A stretch of 64,000 nucleotides of DNA from Tepidisphaera sp. (lineage in GTDB: Bacteria > Planctomycetota > Phycisphaerae > Phycisphaerales > UBA1924), in contig CP051526.1 in the NCBI GenBank assembly GCA_050916045.1, forward strand, positions 288,001 to 352,000, in the 5' to 3' direction. The notes beneath the pieces are model-generated. The model made no database searches and had not been told where the DNA came from. It saw nothing but the letters and a program-made list of their open reading frames with translations. Position 1 is the stretch's first letter, and every line of letters starts with the position of its first letter. Position numbers and translations under genes: made by a program. This document shows positions 9,354 through 19,892 of the stretch, piece after piece.

Positions 9354-10585
9354 CGTTGGAAGATCGGCAGATATCGCTTGGGCATCTGAAGAATGATGAG
9401 GGCCATCGCCGTTCCGTACTGCGGACCCACCTGCGAATCATCCCACGACCCGTCCGCTTTCTGCTTGCTCAGCAGGTCCTCGCGGATCAGCGGCCACCAT
9501 GTCGCCCACCATTCGCCGCCCGCCAGATACATCGCCTGCACCGCGTAGTAGTGCCCGTAGTAGAAGTGCCGCGCGCCCGCGTTCCCGCTCATCCGAAGCG
9601 GCGATCCGTACCGCGACAGGTACCGCAAGCCGTCTCGCACCGCCTGATCGTCGTACACGCCCGCGTACTGCAAGCTCGCCACGCCCGCTGCAGAACGCTC
9701 CCACGCGCTCGGAGGCTGCTGCGCCTGATAACGGAACCCTCCGTCGTCGTTCTGAAGCCGCTTCACATACGCCACCGCCCGATCAATCACTTCCTTGGGC
9801 ACCTCAAGGCCGGCGTTGCGAGCCGACCGAAGCGCCATGATCTGACAGATCGTCACCGACGTGTCCGCGTCGTTCGGAACCGGGTAGTACCGCCACCCGC
9901 CCTCTTCGTTCTGGCACCCCGAGATCAGCCGCGAAGCCCGCACCAACGCCTCGTGAAGCCGCTGCGACTGCGGCGTTTCCCCGCCCCCGGCGCTCATCCC
10001 GTACACCTCGCCCAGAAACAAAGCCGCGAACCCGTGCCCGTACATCGGCGCCGGCCCCGAATCCGACGAGATCAGCCCGCTGTCCGCACAGTTCCGAAGC
10101 ACGTACTCCAGCGACCTCGTCACCACATCCCCGTACGCCCCGCGGTCCGGCAGATGCCCGTCCGACATGAACGCCAGCCCCGAAATCGCCGTGATCGCCA
10201 CCGACGGGCCCCATTGACGCTGATCCCCGAACGAGCCGTCGTTGTTCTGCTTGGACGCAAGCCAGCGAAGGCCGCGAGAGACCGCCGCTTCCATCTCCGG
10301 CGTCATCTCGTCCACCAGCGCGTTGTTCTCCGCGCCGCGGGTCTTGTCCTCCGGAGATCCCTCGCCGCGCGGGGCCTCAGGTTGCGCCACCGGGGCAGGG
10401 TCGGGCACGGCGGGCTGTTCGGGCTGGTCCTGCCGCGCAGAATTCTCTCCCGCCCGCGCGCCGCCCATCTCCGGCAGCACCGCGGCGCACGCCGCTCCCG
10501 CCGCCAGCGCCGCCGCGAGCCACGCCCGAGTTCTCGTCCGAGTTCCTGCCCGAGTTCCTCCCCGAGTTCTCGCCTGCTCACTCAC
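9350..10585 (-). CDS. prenyltransferase/squalene oxidase repeat-containing protein
   Basis: QW-like repeats: WLASKQNNDGSF, CQNEEGGWRY, LQNDDGGFRY and KQKADGSW. Confidence 0.88.
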   Translation of the reverse strand: MSEQARTRGGTRAGTRTRTRAWLAAALAAGAACAAVLPEMGGARAGENSARQDQPEQPAVPDPAPVAQPEAPRGEGSPEDKTRGAENNALVDEMTPEMEAAVSRGLRWLASKQNNDGSFGDQRQWGPSVAITAISGLAFMSDGHLPDRGAYGDVVTRSLEYVLRNCADSGLISSDSGPAPMYGHGFAALFLGEVYGMSAGGGETPQSQRLHEALVRASRLISGCQNEEGGWRYYPVPNDADTSVTICQIMALRSARNAGLEVPKEVIDRAVAYVKRLQNDDGGFRYQAQQPPSAWERSAAGVASLQYAGVYDDQAVRDGLRYLSRYGSPLRMSGNAGARHFYYGHYYAVQAMYLAGGEWWATWWPLIREDLLSKQKADGSWDDSQVGPQYGTAMALIILQMPKRYLPIFQR

Positions 10586-11306
10586 GCTTGCGCTCCTCCG
10601 CCAGCCGCTTGTAGTACGCCTCGGTCATCCGGCGGTACATCGAGCTGAACGTATCCCCGTACCCCTGCATCAGTTGCTCACGCGTCTTCGGCGGAAGGTT
10701 GCCCCAGGTCGCCGACCCGGAAAGCGTCGGCTTGAGCGTGCCGTCAGGGTTCGTGTTCGCCGCGTCCCGCTTGTCACCGCTCGCGTCACCCGTCCGCTGC
10801 TGGTTCGCCCCCGACTGCTGACGCTGCTGCTGTTGCTGCTGCTGAGCGTTCTGCGGGTTGTTCTGCTCGTTCTGCTGCTGTTGTTGTTGCTGCTGCTGCT
10901 GTTGCTGTTGTTGTTGCTGTTGCTGTTGCTGCTGGCGTTTGGCGTCTTCGATGATCTTGTCGAGCTTCTGCAGGATCTCCTCCTGCACCCGCTGCGTCTC
11001 GACACCCACATCCTTCGCGTCCGTCACCCGCGCCGCTGCATCGCCCATCAGCTTGACCGCCTGCGCGATCTGGTCCTGAAGCTGCTCCGGCGAAAGCTGT
11101 TCCTCCAGCGCCGTCTGGTCCCGCGTCGGCGCGTTGCCAGCCGTCTCACCAGGCTTGGCCAAACCGAGCACCTCATCAAGCGACGGAAGCCGCGTTGCCG
11201 GCTGCACCGCTTTCGGCGGTTCCGCCGCGGGCAGCGCGGGCGCCGCGCCGGGCTGCGCCTTCGCCAGCCCCACGCACGCCACCATGATCATCGCCGCACG
11301 AATCAT
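10578..11306 (-). CDS. secreted Gln-rich hypothetical protein
   Basis: Signal peptide, polyQ tract, C-terminal WGNLPPKTREQL...EAYYKRLAE; overlaps both neighbours. Confidence 0.8.
   Translation of the reverse strand: MIRAAMIMVACVGLAKAQPGAAPALPAAEPPKAVQPATRLPSLDEVLGLAKPGETAGNAPTRDQTALEEQLSPEQLQDQIAQAVKLMGDAAARVTDAKDVGVETQRVQEEILQKLDKIIEDAKRQQQQQQQQQQQQQQQQQQQQQNEQNNPQNAQQQQQQQRQQSGANQQRTGDASGDKRDAANTNPDGTLKPTLSGSATWGNLPPKTREQLMQGYGDTFSSMYRRMTEAYYKRLAEERKRE
10872..10934 (-). repeat. mixed CAG/CAA trinucleotide repeat encoding 21 Gln
   Basis: 63 nt of ctg/ttg triplets on the + strand. Confidence 0.9.
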
Positions 11307-14300
11307 GAACCACCTCCCGGCTCGCGCTGCGGAGCCCCGCCCGGCCGCGCACCAGGCTGTTGTCCCGGCTGCTGGTTCAAAAGCTCCACGACCTTTTTGC
11401 CAAGCTCCGCCAGGTCCCGCTGAAGCTCGCCGATCGCTTCGACCTCCGCCGGGTCGGGCGCCGCCGCAGTCTCGCGCGTCCGACGCGCCGCTTCGATCTG
11501 CATCTCCTTCAGCACCAGAAGCTCCGCCACCGGCGGGATCACGCCCTGCTCCTGTTGCTGCTGCTGACCCTGCTGCCCCCCGGCCTGCTGCTGCCCGCCC
11601 TGCTGCTGACGGAACTCGTTCTTCGGCGGCTCACCCTGCTTGAGCGCGTTGAGCAGCGACCGAAGCACATCCACCGCCTCGGTCTGCTGCCGCGCCACCT
11701 TCGTCGGTGCCTCGCCCGCTTCAAGCGTCGTCGCCGCGCCGTTCGTCGCACGCTCCAGCCGCTGGTGCGCAAACTCGAACATCGTCGAGTTCGAAAGCCC
11801 CTCGGTCGACGTCCGCAGTGCCCGAAGCTGATCCCGAACCTCCGTCTGCCGCCCGCCCAGCGACTTGATCGTGTTCCGCTCCCGCCGACCGATCTCCTTG
11901 CCCACCAGCGGCAGCGAATCCTCCCGCAGCTTCTCCTGCGTCGCCAGGATCCGCGCATACTCGCCGCGAAGCTCCGCCCGTTTGCGCGTCTGATCCCGCT
12001 CGCGAGCCTGCTCCTGCTGCGCCGCCGCCAGATCCCGCGCCTCCCCAAGCCGCTTGAGGCTCATCCGCTCCTGCTCGTCCGCCGTCGCCAGATCAACCGG
12101 ATCCCCCAAGCTCGTCACCGCCGCATCCTGATGCTCCGCCGCCGCGTCCAGCCGCGCCACGATCTCCGCCGCTTCCCGCGCCTCATTCGAGTCAATCACC
12201 CCGAGCGTGTTCCCGTGAAGCGTCCGCATCCCCGTCGCAAGCGACCCCGCCGGCGTCTCATCGGTCACGTTCGCCAGCGCCGCAAGCTGACGCTCCTGAA
12301 GCGTGATCAGCCCCTCAATCGACGCTTTCAGATCCGCGAGCATCCGCTGCAGCGCCTCGTCGCGACGCTGCTGCGCCCGGTCGAGCTCCTGAAGCATGTC
12401 CTCGAGCGTTTCCGCCGCTTGCTCCTGATTCTGCTCCGCCCGCCCCGACTGGTTCTCGCGCGTCTGCTTCGCGGCTTCCTGCATCCGTTCCGAAAGCTGC
12501 TCGCGAAGGGCCTGGTCCGCCGCCCGCTTCATCGCTTCCGCCAGCGCCGGATCCGTCGGCTTGAGACGCTCAGCGCGCTCCGCCAGATCCTCGGCCGCCT
12601 GGCGCGCCTTGCGAGCAAGATCCTCCTGAGCCCGCGCCAACTGCTCAAGATCCGACCGCTCCTGGGCGCTCAGTTCCTCCGCGGTCTTGCCCTCGGTCTG
12701 GGCACCGACCCTTTTCGCCTGCTCGATCAGGTCACGCTGCTCCGTGAGCATCCGGTCGACCGACTGCCGCGCCGCCCACCCGTCACGCCCCTGCGTCAGC
12801 AGGTCGTTCAGCTTGCCCATCGACTCGCGGACGTCATCCTGCTCCTTCTTGATCTCCTCGGCGTCCTGCGGCGAAACCGGCGATTCCGCCGGAGTCTCCC
12901 CCGCCCGCTCCACGCCCTCCGAAGCACGCTCCGCCGCTTCCGCCGCCCGCTCCACAAGCTCCGAAGCCTGTTCCACCAGCGACCGAAGCGCCTGGTCCGA
13001 AAGCCCGTTCCGCTCCGCCCGCTTCCCCGCCCGCTCCAACATCTCCTGCGCCGGGTTCAGCCGATCCGCGATCTCCCGCTGTTCCCGGGCGATCTCCCGC
13101 GCCTTGGCACGTTCCTTCCCCTCCGGGTCCGCCGCCGTCGCTTTCCGCGTCCGGTCGCTAATCGACACCTGGTCCTGATCGATCCGCTCCGCGACCGACT
13201 TCAGCGCCGCAAGCTCATCCAGGATCTGCTCCGCAAGCTGCGCCTCGCTGATGATCCGAAGCTTGCGCGGTGTCGACCGCACCGCCCCGTGCCCCGTCCC
13301 GTCCCCCGCGTCATACCCGTCCGTCGCCACCGCCGTCACCCACACCTCATCGCCAGGCAGAAGCGTCATCTCCCCGAGATTGATCTCCGCTCTCACCATC
13401 GCGACGGGCCGCGCCGGCACACCTTCCTTCGGCTCGGGAATTGCGGGCTTGACAACCTCCGCGAGCACCGCGGGCGTCCCGATCGGCTCGGGCGCCGCTC
13501 CGGCGGAGCCCGCCGGCGGCGAATGACGCTGCGCATCCAGCATCAGCTTCGCAAGCCGCACATCGTCACGCCCCTCGCCCGTCAGCGGCAGAACCGCCGA
13601 CGCCAGCACATCCTCATCCGAAGCCGGCTCGACCACCGTCGCTCCCGGAGGCGCATCCGCCGCCACCGTCACCGCGACCGACGTGCTCTCCGCCGCCGGA
13701 ATGTCGAACGCATCAATCGGACGGATCGAAAGATCCTGAGTCGCGCCCGCCGTCCACGTGAGCGTCCACCGATCGGGCGAAAGCGCCCACACCGCTGCCT
13801 CGGGCAGCTTCGTCGTGCCCAGCGTTGCCGCGATCCAGGCTTCCTGCGTCAACGCGGCCCCGTTCGCCGCTTTCGGCTCCGCCGCTCCCGGCGTCGGTAC
13901 GGGCTTGTTCAGTTCCGCCGTCAGCGTCACCGTCGAACCCGCGAGCACCGGTCCGAGCGTCCCGCGCCGCTCCGCATCCAGCGACACTTCCGACTCGCCC
14001 GAAGCCACCACCGACGAATCCTGCGCATACTTCGGCGGCGTCACCATCGCGCTCACCCGCGTGATCCGTGGACGCTCCACAAGCGTGATCCGTTCGATCG
14101 CCGTCTCGTCATCGCGCGTTTTGAACCAGAACTCAAGCACCCGCGTCCGCGTGTCCCGCTCGCCCTTCTCTTCCCCGCTCACGCCCGCCGCAAGCCGGAG
14201 AGCATCCCGCGACAGCGCCGCTTCGTACGCGTCCGCTTCCGTCGCTCCCTCCGCCCCCTTCACCGGATTGAGCAGAATCCGCGTCTCCGGCCCCGGCACG

Positions 14301-15082
14301 CCGTCCACCGTGAACCGGTACACCGCCGTCACGTCCGTCCGTCCCGCGCGCTGGTTCGACCGAGTCACCACCGCCCGAAGATTGAGCGGCGTGTCCAGCG
14401 GATGTGCCGCCGCCGCCGTCGCGCTCAGCACCGCCGTCCGCTTCGGCCACGAAGCATCCGTCCACGGTGTAAGCGTCCGCGACAGCCCGATCTTGGCGTA
14501 CTGCGGCACCAGCCAGAACGCGGCGAGCACCGGAATCAGCGAAAGAGCCAGACCCGCCATGCCCCGCTGCGCCCGCGCACTCGTCAAAAGTGTCGCGCCC
14601 GACACGTTGATCGCGTTGAACCGCGACAACGAGTCCGCAACCAGCGCCCGCGACATCTCCTCCGATTGCCCCGCCGTCTTCCCAGACCCGAGCTCGAGCG
14701 CCGAAGCCAGCCGGCCCGACAGACCCAGCCGCTTGGCTTCCTCGCTGTGCTCGACCCGCAGTGCCACCTCCACCAGACTCGGCCGGAACCGCCAAGCGGG
14801 CAGCACCACCCGCGCCACACCCGCCACCAGCACGCCCACGCCGCCCACCCACATCACCCCGCGGAGCGCCACCGGCAGACGGAACAGAAAATCAATCAGC
14901 ACCGCCCCGATCACCGCAAGCACACCCGCCGCCAGCAGCGCCGCTCCGCGCTCGACCACCAGCCGGCGCCGCGCCGCCCCTCGAAGCCGCTCCATCGCCC
15001 GCGCAATCGCCCCGGAATCAGGAACGGGGCCCGGTTTCCCCGCGCCCGCCATCGACTCGATCTGGTCTTCTCGGTCGCTCAT
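11303..15082 (-). CDS. large membrane-anchored coiled-coil protein (DUF4175-like)
   Basis: Three N-terminal TM segments, beta-rich middle (D...L motif 'EGRDDVRL'), long Q/E/A/R-rich helical C-terminal half. Confidence 0.75.
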   Translation of the reverse strand: MSDREDQIESMAGAGKPGPVPDSGAIARAMERLRGAARRRLVVERGAALLAAGVLAVIGAVLIDFLFRLPVALRGVMWVGGVGVLVAGVARVVLPAWRFRPSLVEVALRVEHSEEAKRLGLSGRLASALELGSGKTAGQSEEMSRALVADSLSRFNAINVSGATLLTSARAQRGMAGLALSLIPVLAAFWLVPQYAKIGLSRTLTPWTDASWPKRTAVLSATAAAAHPLDTPLNLRAVVTRSNQRAGRTDVTAVYRFTVDGVPGPETRILLNPVKGAEGATEADAYEAALSRDALRLAAGVSGEEKGERDTRTRVLEFWFKTRDDETAIERITLVERPRITRVSAMVTPPKYAQDSSVVASGESEVSLDAERRGTLGPVLAGSTVTLTAELNKPVPTPGAAEPKAANGAALTQEAWIAATLGTTKLPEAAVWALSPDRWTLTWTAGATQDLSIRPIDAFDIPAAESTSVAVTVAADAPPGATVVEPASDEDVLASAVLPLTGEGRDDVRLAKLMLDAQRHSPPAGSAGAAPEPIGTPAVLAEVVKPAIPEPKEGVPARPVAMVRAEINLGEMTLLPGDEVWVTAVATDGYDAGDGTGHGAVRSTPRKLRIISEAQLAEQILDELAALKSVAERIDQDQVSISDRTRKATAADPEGKERAKAREIAREQREIADRLNPAQEMLERAGKRAERNGLSDQALRSLVEQASELVERAAEAAERASEGVERAGETPAESPVSPQDAEEIKKEQDDVRESMGKLNDLLTQGRDGWAARQSVDRMLTEQRDLIEQAKRVGAQTEGKTAEELSAQERSDLEQLARAQEDLARKARQAAEDLAERAERLKPTDPALAEAMKRAADQALREQLSERMQEAAKQTRENQSGRAEQNQEQAAETLEDMLQELDRAQQRRDEALQRMLADLKASIEGLITLQERQLAALANVTDETPAGSLATGMRTLHGNTLGVIDSNEAREAAEIVARLDAAAEHQDAAVTSLGDPVDLATADEQERMSLKRLGEARDLAAAQQEQARERDQTRKRAELRGEYARILATQEKLREDSLPLVGKEIGRRERNTIKSLGGRQTEVRDQLRALRTSTEGLSNSTMFEFAHQRLERATNGAATTLEAGEAPTKVARQQTEAVDVLRSLLNALKQGEPPKNEFRQQQGGQQQAGGQQGQQQQQEQGVIPPVAELLVLKEMQIEAARRTRETAAAPDPAEVEAIGELQRDLAELGKKVVELLNQQPGQQPGARPGGAPQREPGGGS

Positions 15083-15198
15083 CGGCGTGTCGCTTCCCTC
15101 GAGCCATCCGTCACATGCTCATCCCCTGCATCGACCCCCCGCACGACCCTTCTTGACACCTGACTTTACGGAGCGCCCCCTCCAAGGGTGCGGTTCAA

Positions 15199-17592
15199 TC
15201 ACGGAAGGCGAATCACCCGCCGGCCCACCCACTCCATCGCCAGAATAACCATGAGCAGGACCCAAACAAACGGCTTGTCCCAAAGCGTCTCGATCGTCGG
15301 CGCTCCCACCAGCCGGATCTGCCGGTCCGGAAGCTGCGACAACGCCTCCGACAGTTTCTCCGGCTCCACCACCCGCCCGCCCGTCTGCGAAGCGATCTGC
15401 CCCATCAACGCGTGGTCCGTCTGCGGCGACCGAAGCTCATCATCCGGATACGCCACCACCACCTCCTGACCAGGCAGCCCCGGCGGCAGCAGCGGATCAT
15501 CGATCGTCAGCGTGTACGTCCCCGGTTCGGTCGGAAGCCACGTCACCGCGAACACATTCGGAGCCTCCCCGCCGCCCGCCGTGTCCGCTTGCGGACTCAG
15601 CACCAGCCCCAGGTCCCCCGACGTCGGCGCCACTCCGTCCGCCGCCGCTTTCGGCCTTGCCCTCACCCGCACACTCGACGGCCGAGCATCCAGCAGCGAC
15701 TGATCCACAAGCCGCACCGACACCTGCACAGGCCGATCCACCTGCGCCCTCGGCGGCGAAGCCGTCAGCACCGCAGGCTGCCCCGACGTCTCAAGCCCCT
15801 GCCGCGCCAGCATCCGGATGATCGGAAGCCAGAACCGCTCCGGAAGCGTCTCGCCCCGCCCGTAACGCCACCGCCAGATCTCATCCGTCGCCACGTACAC
15901 CACCCGCCCGGCACCGTACCGCATCGTCACCACCAGCGGCTCGCCCGTGCCCGCCCCCGTATCCGCCGACAACTTCGAAAGCGGCGTCGCCGTCGCGATC
16001 ACCTCCGCCGCCGGCTTCAGACGCTGCGCATCAATCCGCTGCGCCAGCCGCAGCGCCGTCCATCCCGCGTCAGGGCTCCGAAGCACCGCCGGCCAGCTCT
16101 CCTTCGGATCATCCGCAAGCCGCAGCAGGCCCAGCCGATCCGCGACCTCCGTCGGATTCATGATCACCGGCTCAAGCCACGCCGACACCGGTGCCGCCGA
16201 GTCCCCCGCCCCAAGCGTGAACGGAATCAGATCCGCCGCCGGGCTTCCGCGCCACGCATTCGGCATCGGCCCCGGTCCGCCGATCATCAGCACCCCGCCA
16301 CCGTTCTTCGACACATGGTCACGGAGCATCGTCAGCTGGTCCCGGCTGAACATCTCCGGACGCAGATCCCCCAGAATCACCACGTCAAACTGCCGCCACT
16401 CCTGCGGAGTCCGCGGCAGGAACAAAAGCGGGTTCGACCCCTCCTGAATGAACTTCCGCTGCGCCGCCAGGAGCGAGATCGACGAGTTGATCGTCCGCTC
16501 CCGCACCAGCAGGTTCTTCAGGTACCGGTACTCCCAGCGCGGATACCCGTCGAAGTACGCGACGCGAAGCGGGCGATCAATCAGCGAGATCGCCACCTCC
16601 GCGCTGTCGTTCCCAGGAACGATGTCCGGCTCGGGCCCCACGATCTTCACAACCCACGTCGCCGACCCCGGTTTGCTCGGCTTGGACGTCAGCACGACCC
16701 GCGCTTCGTCGCCGCTCTCCACGAACTCCACGGGCTGCTCGTCAAGCGTCGCCCCCGTCGCCGAGTCAATCAGCCGCACCTTGATGTCACGCGGCCTTTC
16801 CCCCTGCGACCGCGAAACCGTCACGCTCACCGGCACCGTGTCGTTCACGAACGCCGCCGATGGCGCCTCCGTCCGCTCCACCGAAAGGTCCGCCTGCGCC
16901 GTCGCGTTCCCGAGCGCCACCGCAAGCACCGGGATCTGCCGCCCCTTCAGCTGCGCGAGCAGGTCCTCCGACGGTGGCGTCGTCGTCCGCCCGTCCGACA
17001 GAAGCACCATCCCCGCCACAGGCCGCGCCGCCGTCAGCCGCGCCGCTTGCGACAACGCGCTCGAAAGATCCGTCGCCCGACCGCTCGCCGCCGGCAACTC
17101 GGGCCGCGCCCGATCCGCCGGTGCCCGAAGCGTCGAGGCTCCCGCATCAAACGTCAGCCACAAAAGCTTGCGATCCCGCGCCGCCGCTTCCCACGCCTGA
17201 TCAGCCCCCGCGAGCGCCGCTCTCAACTGCTCATCCCGCGTCCGCGTCACCCCGCCCGGCCCGGGAGCATCCCGAACCATCATCGACGCCGAACGGTCCG
17301 CAAGCACCACCACCCAGTCCCGCTCCACCGTCTGATTCTGCTTCGCAAGCCGCGGCCCCGAGAGAAGCACCGCGATCACCACCAAAAGCAGCCCGCGAAG
17401 CCCCGCCAGGATCCCCCTCGGCCACCGCGGACCATCAAGCTTCCGGTACGACCACGCACTCAAAATCCCCGCCGCCAGCACGATCAAAAGCCAGCCCCAC
17501 GCCGGCACCGGACGCGTCCAATCCAGCGTCACATCCGGATCGCCCAGCTTGAGCGCATCAAATCCGAACATCTTGTTCAGGAATTCCGTCAC
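15199..17592 (-). CDS. membrane protein with vWA-like and class I glutamine amidotransferase-like domains
   Basis: MIDAS-like DRSASM, TDL and LLSDG; YFDGYPRWEYRYLKNLL; DVVILGD; YGAGRV...WRWR; C-terminal TM with EWVGRR. Confidence 0.82.
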   Translation of the reverse strand: MTEFLNKMFGFDALKLGDPDVTLDWTRPVPAWGWLLIVLAAGILSAWSYRKLDGPRWPRGILAGLRGLLLVVIAVLLSGPRLAKQNQTVERDWVVVLADRSASMMVRDAPGPGGVTRTRDEQLRAALAGADQAWEAAARDRKLLWLTFDAGASTLRAPADRARPELPAASGRATDLSSALSQAARLTAARPVAGMVLLSDGRTTTPPSEDLLAQLKGRQIPVLAVALGNATAQADLSVERTEAPSAAFVNDTVPVSVTVSRSQGERPRDIKVRLIDSATGATLDEQPVEFVESGDEARVVLTSKPSKPGSATWVVKIVGPEPDIVPGNDSAEVAISLIDRPLRVAYFDGYPRWEYRYLKNLLVRERTINSSISLLAAQRKFIQEGSNPLLFLPRTPQEWRQFDVVILGDLRPEMFSRDQLTMLRDHVSKNGGGVLMIGGPGPMPNAWRGSPAADLIPFTLGAGDSAAPVSAWLEPVIMNPTEVADRLGLLRLADDPKESWPAVLRSPDAGWTALRLAQRIDAQRLKPAAEVIATATPLSKLSADTGAGTGEPLVVTMRYGAGRVVYVATDEIWRWRYGRGETLPERFWLPIIRMLARQGLETSGQPAVLTASPPRAQVDRPVQVSVRLVDQSLLDARPSSVRVRARPKAAADGVAPTSGDLGLVLSPQADTAGGGEAPNVFAVTWLPTEPGTYTLTIDDPLLPPGLPGQEVVVAYPDDELRSPQTDHALMGQIASQTGGRVVEPEKLSEALSQLPDRQIRLVGAPTIETLWDKPFVWVLLMVILAMEWVGRRVIRLP

Positions 17593-19880
17593 GCCGAAGA
17601 CCCCCCCTCCGAACCCACCGCCGGCATCGCCGTCGGAAGCGTCGATGAAAGCCCCGGTGAACGCGAACCCTCCGTCGCGTTGCTGAACCGCCGCGCAAGC
17701 ACAAGCTCAACCACCCCAAGCCCGAACGCCGCGAGCAAAAGCCAGAAATCAAGCGGCGTCGATGTCTCATCCTGCGCCGTCACGCTCGAACCCGCCGGAG
17801 CCGCCCCCACATCCGCCTTGCCGGACTCCATCCACGACACCCGCCCGCGAGGCGAAAGCGGCTGAAGCCAGCGCTCAAGCTCCGGCCCCGCCACCGTGTC
17901 AACCTTCCCCGCTTCCGGATCCGGATTCACCGCCAAAAGTCCGAGCGTCCGACCAGCCGCATCCACCGTCCGAAACAGCCCCGCGTGCGCCGCCGGTGCG
18001 GGCGGAGCCACCTCCGCCGCTTCCCGCTTGCCCGCCGCCTGCCCGACCTCCACCCACCGGAACTGCGCCGCTTCTCGCGGCACAGTCATCGCCCGCCCCG
18101 CGATCGCCCTCGTCGCGCCGCTCGTCTCGCCAAGCCCCTGCCGCAGAATCTCCTGCACCACGGGCACCATCAGCGGCATCGCCGGCAGGTTCGTCCACGA
18201 AAGCTCCGGAGCCGCCGCCAGAAAAACCGCCATCCCCCGCGATGAATCCGCCGGTGGAAACGCCGCGAGCAAAAGCGGCGTCCCGTCCTCCAAACTCAGA
18301 AGCGTCCTCGAACGCTCCGCCACAGCTTCAACCCCAAGCACGCGCGAGACACGCACCGGCTTCACCAGATCCGGCAGCTCCGGGCTCAGCAGCGCGAAAA
18401 GTCCCTTGTCCGCCGCTTGCGGAACCGCCACCGCCGCCGCAGGCTCGATCGTCCGAGGCTCCTTCGCGATCGTCCAAGGCACCCCCAGCGCCCCCGTCAC
18501 ACGGTCCGACCACGTCGCCACTTCCGTCCCCGCCGCCGGCATCAGCACGATCAGCCGCCCCGCATCAAGCATCCGCCGCAAGCTCTGAAGCAGCGCCTCA
18601 TCCAACCGGTCCGGCGCCGCCACAAACACCGCATCCGCCGCAAGCACATCCGAAGCCGCCGCCGCCGACGCCGGATCCACCGTCGAAACCTCGATCTCCG
18701 CCGTCCGACGGTCCAGAGCCGTCTGCGTCGGCGCCAGCGCCAAGCTCAACCACTCCGCCGACGTGAACAAGTCCGGCCGATCGCTCGTCCCCTGCCCTCG
18801 CGCCGCCAGAATCACCACCCGCACCTGCCGTCGCGACACGATCGGCCGAAGCACCGCGTCATCCGCGTTAAGCCCGTCCGTCCCCTCCGCCACCCGCGCC
18901 GCCAACGCCAGCGCCGGCCCCTGCCGCACCAGCTCCGCCGGCACCGACAGATTCACCGCCACCGCCCCAGCCGACTGCCCCGGCGTCCAGTTCATCGTCG
19001 CAACCGCCGGCGGCGAAAGCGTCCCGTTCAGCCCCACCGCCCGAACCTCGACCGTGGTCGCGCCCGCTCCCAGTTCCCCCGACCGCCGAAGATCCACCCG
19101 CACCTGCGCCGCCGCCGGCGTTGGGTCCCCCTCCGGAGCGATCAAAAGCGACCGTACCGGCGTCGCATCCACCACCGTGATGTTCATCGCCGCCCGCTCC
19201 GCCGGAGGCGACACCACCACCCGCGTCGATTCCGGAAGATCGAGAGTCGGCATCGGCTTGGACGTGTCCGCCGTCCCCGAACGCCACGCGCTCAAGACCG
19301 CGATCGTGCTCCCGCTCCCCGTCGCAAGCTGCCGCGCCTCCCCCAGCGCCGCGGGCAGGTCCGACACGCTCTCCGTCGCCCGCACCCGCCGCAGCGCATC
19401 AAGCACCCCCGCCAGATCCGTCGACGGCGGCGAAACCACCGTCCCCGCCGGAGTCCCCGTCGTCAAAAGCGCCGCCGCATCACCCCGCGCGGACGAAAGC
19501 TCCCCAAGCAGCGCCTCCGCCCGTGCTTTCAGCCCGTCAAGCTCCGTCGACTTCCCCTCCGCCGCCAGCCCCGACGTCATGCTGTTGTCGAGCACCAAAA
19601 TCAGCGTCCGCGGACCTGCCGACGCGAAAAGCCCCGTCCCCTGAATCGCCGGACGCCCCAGCGCCACCGCAAGCACCGCCACCAGCAGGCACCGCGTCGC
19701 CAGAAGCAAAAGCTGCTCCAGCCGCGTCCGCTTCCGCTGCTGCCGGTACGCCTCGAGCAAAAACCGCATCGCCGCCCACGGCACCGGCTTCCGCCGCCGC
19801 CGCATCAAAATGTGAATCGCGATCGGGATCGCGACGCATGCCAAGCCGGCCAGCAACAGGGTTGGATTCAGAAATGCCAT
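17589..19880 (-). CDS. BatA N-terminal domain / vWA domain protein
   Basis: MAFLNP...IPIAIHIL.RRR..VPWAAMRFL...LLLLATRC...RP BatA signature; LVLDNSMTS. Confidence 0.88.
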   Translation of the reverse strand: MAFLNPTLLLAGLACVAIPIAIHILMRRRRKPVPWAAMRFLLEAYRQQRKRTRLEQLLLLATRCLLVAVLAVALGRPAIQGTGLFASAGPRTLILVLDNSMTSGLAAEGKSTELDGLKARAEALLGELSSARGDAAALLTTGTPAGTVVSPPSTDLAGVLDALRRVRATESVSDLPAALGEARQLATGSGSTIAVLSAWRSGTADTSKPMPTLDLPESTRVVVSPPAERAAMNITVVDATPVRSLLIAPEGDPTPAAAQVRVDLRRSGELGAGATTVEVRAVGLNGTLSPPAVATMNWTPGQSAGAVAVNLSVPAELVRQGPALALAARVAEGTDGLNADDAVLRPIVSRRQVRVVILAARGQGTSDRPDLFTSAEWLSLALAPTQTALDRRTAEIEVSTVDPASAAAASDVLAADAVFVAAPDRLDEALLQSLRRMLDAGRLIVLMPAAGTEVATWSDRVTGALGVPWTIAKEPRTIEPAAAVAVPQAADKGLFALLSPELPDLVKPVRVSRVLGVEAVAERSRTLLSLEDGTPLLLAAFPPADSSRGMAVFLAAAPELSWTNLPAMPLMVPVVQEILRQGLGETSGATRAIAGRAMTVPREAAQFRWVEVGQAAGKREAAEVAPPAPAAHAGLFRTVDAAGRTLGLLAVNPDPEAGKVDTVAGPELERWLQPLSPRGRVSWMESGKADVGAAPAGSSVTAQDETSTPLDFWLLLAAFGLGVVELVLARRFSNATEGSRSPGLSSTLPTAMPAVGSEGGSSA

Positions 19881-19892
19881 GCGTCTGCCGTC

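Noticed and set aside
10524..10572. 4 x 12-bp CCGAGTTC repeat
   Set aside because: It encodes a low-complexity TR-rich stretch before a signal peptide; there is no evidence for a separate function.
10858..11079. poly-cysteine ORF
   Set aside because: It is the antisense reading of the polyQ codons.
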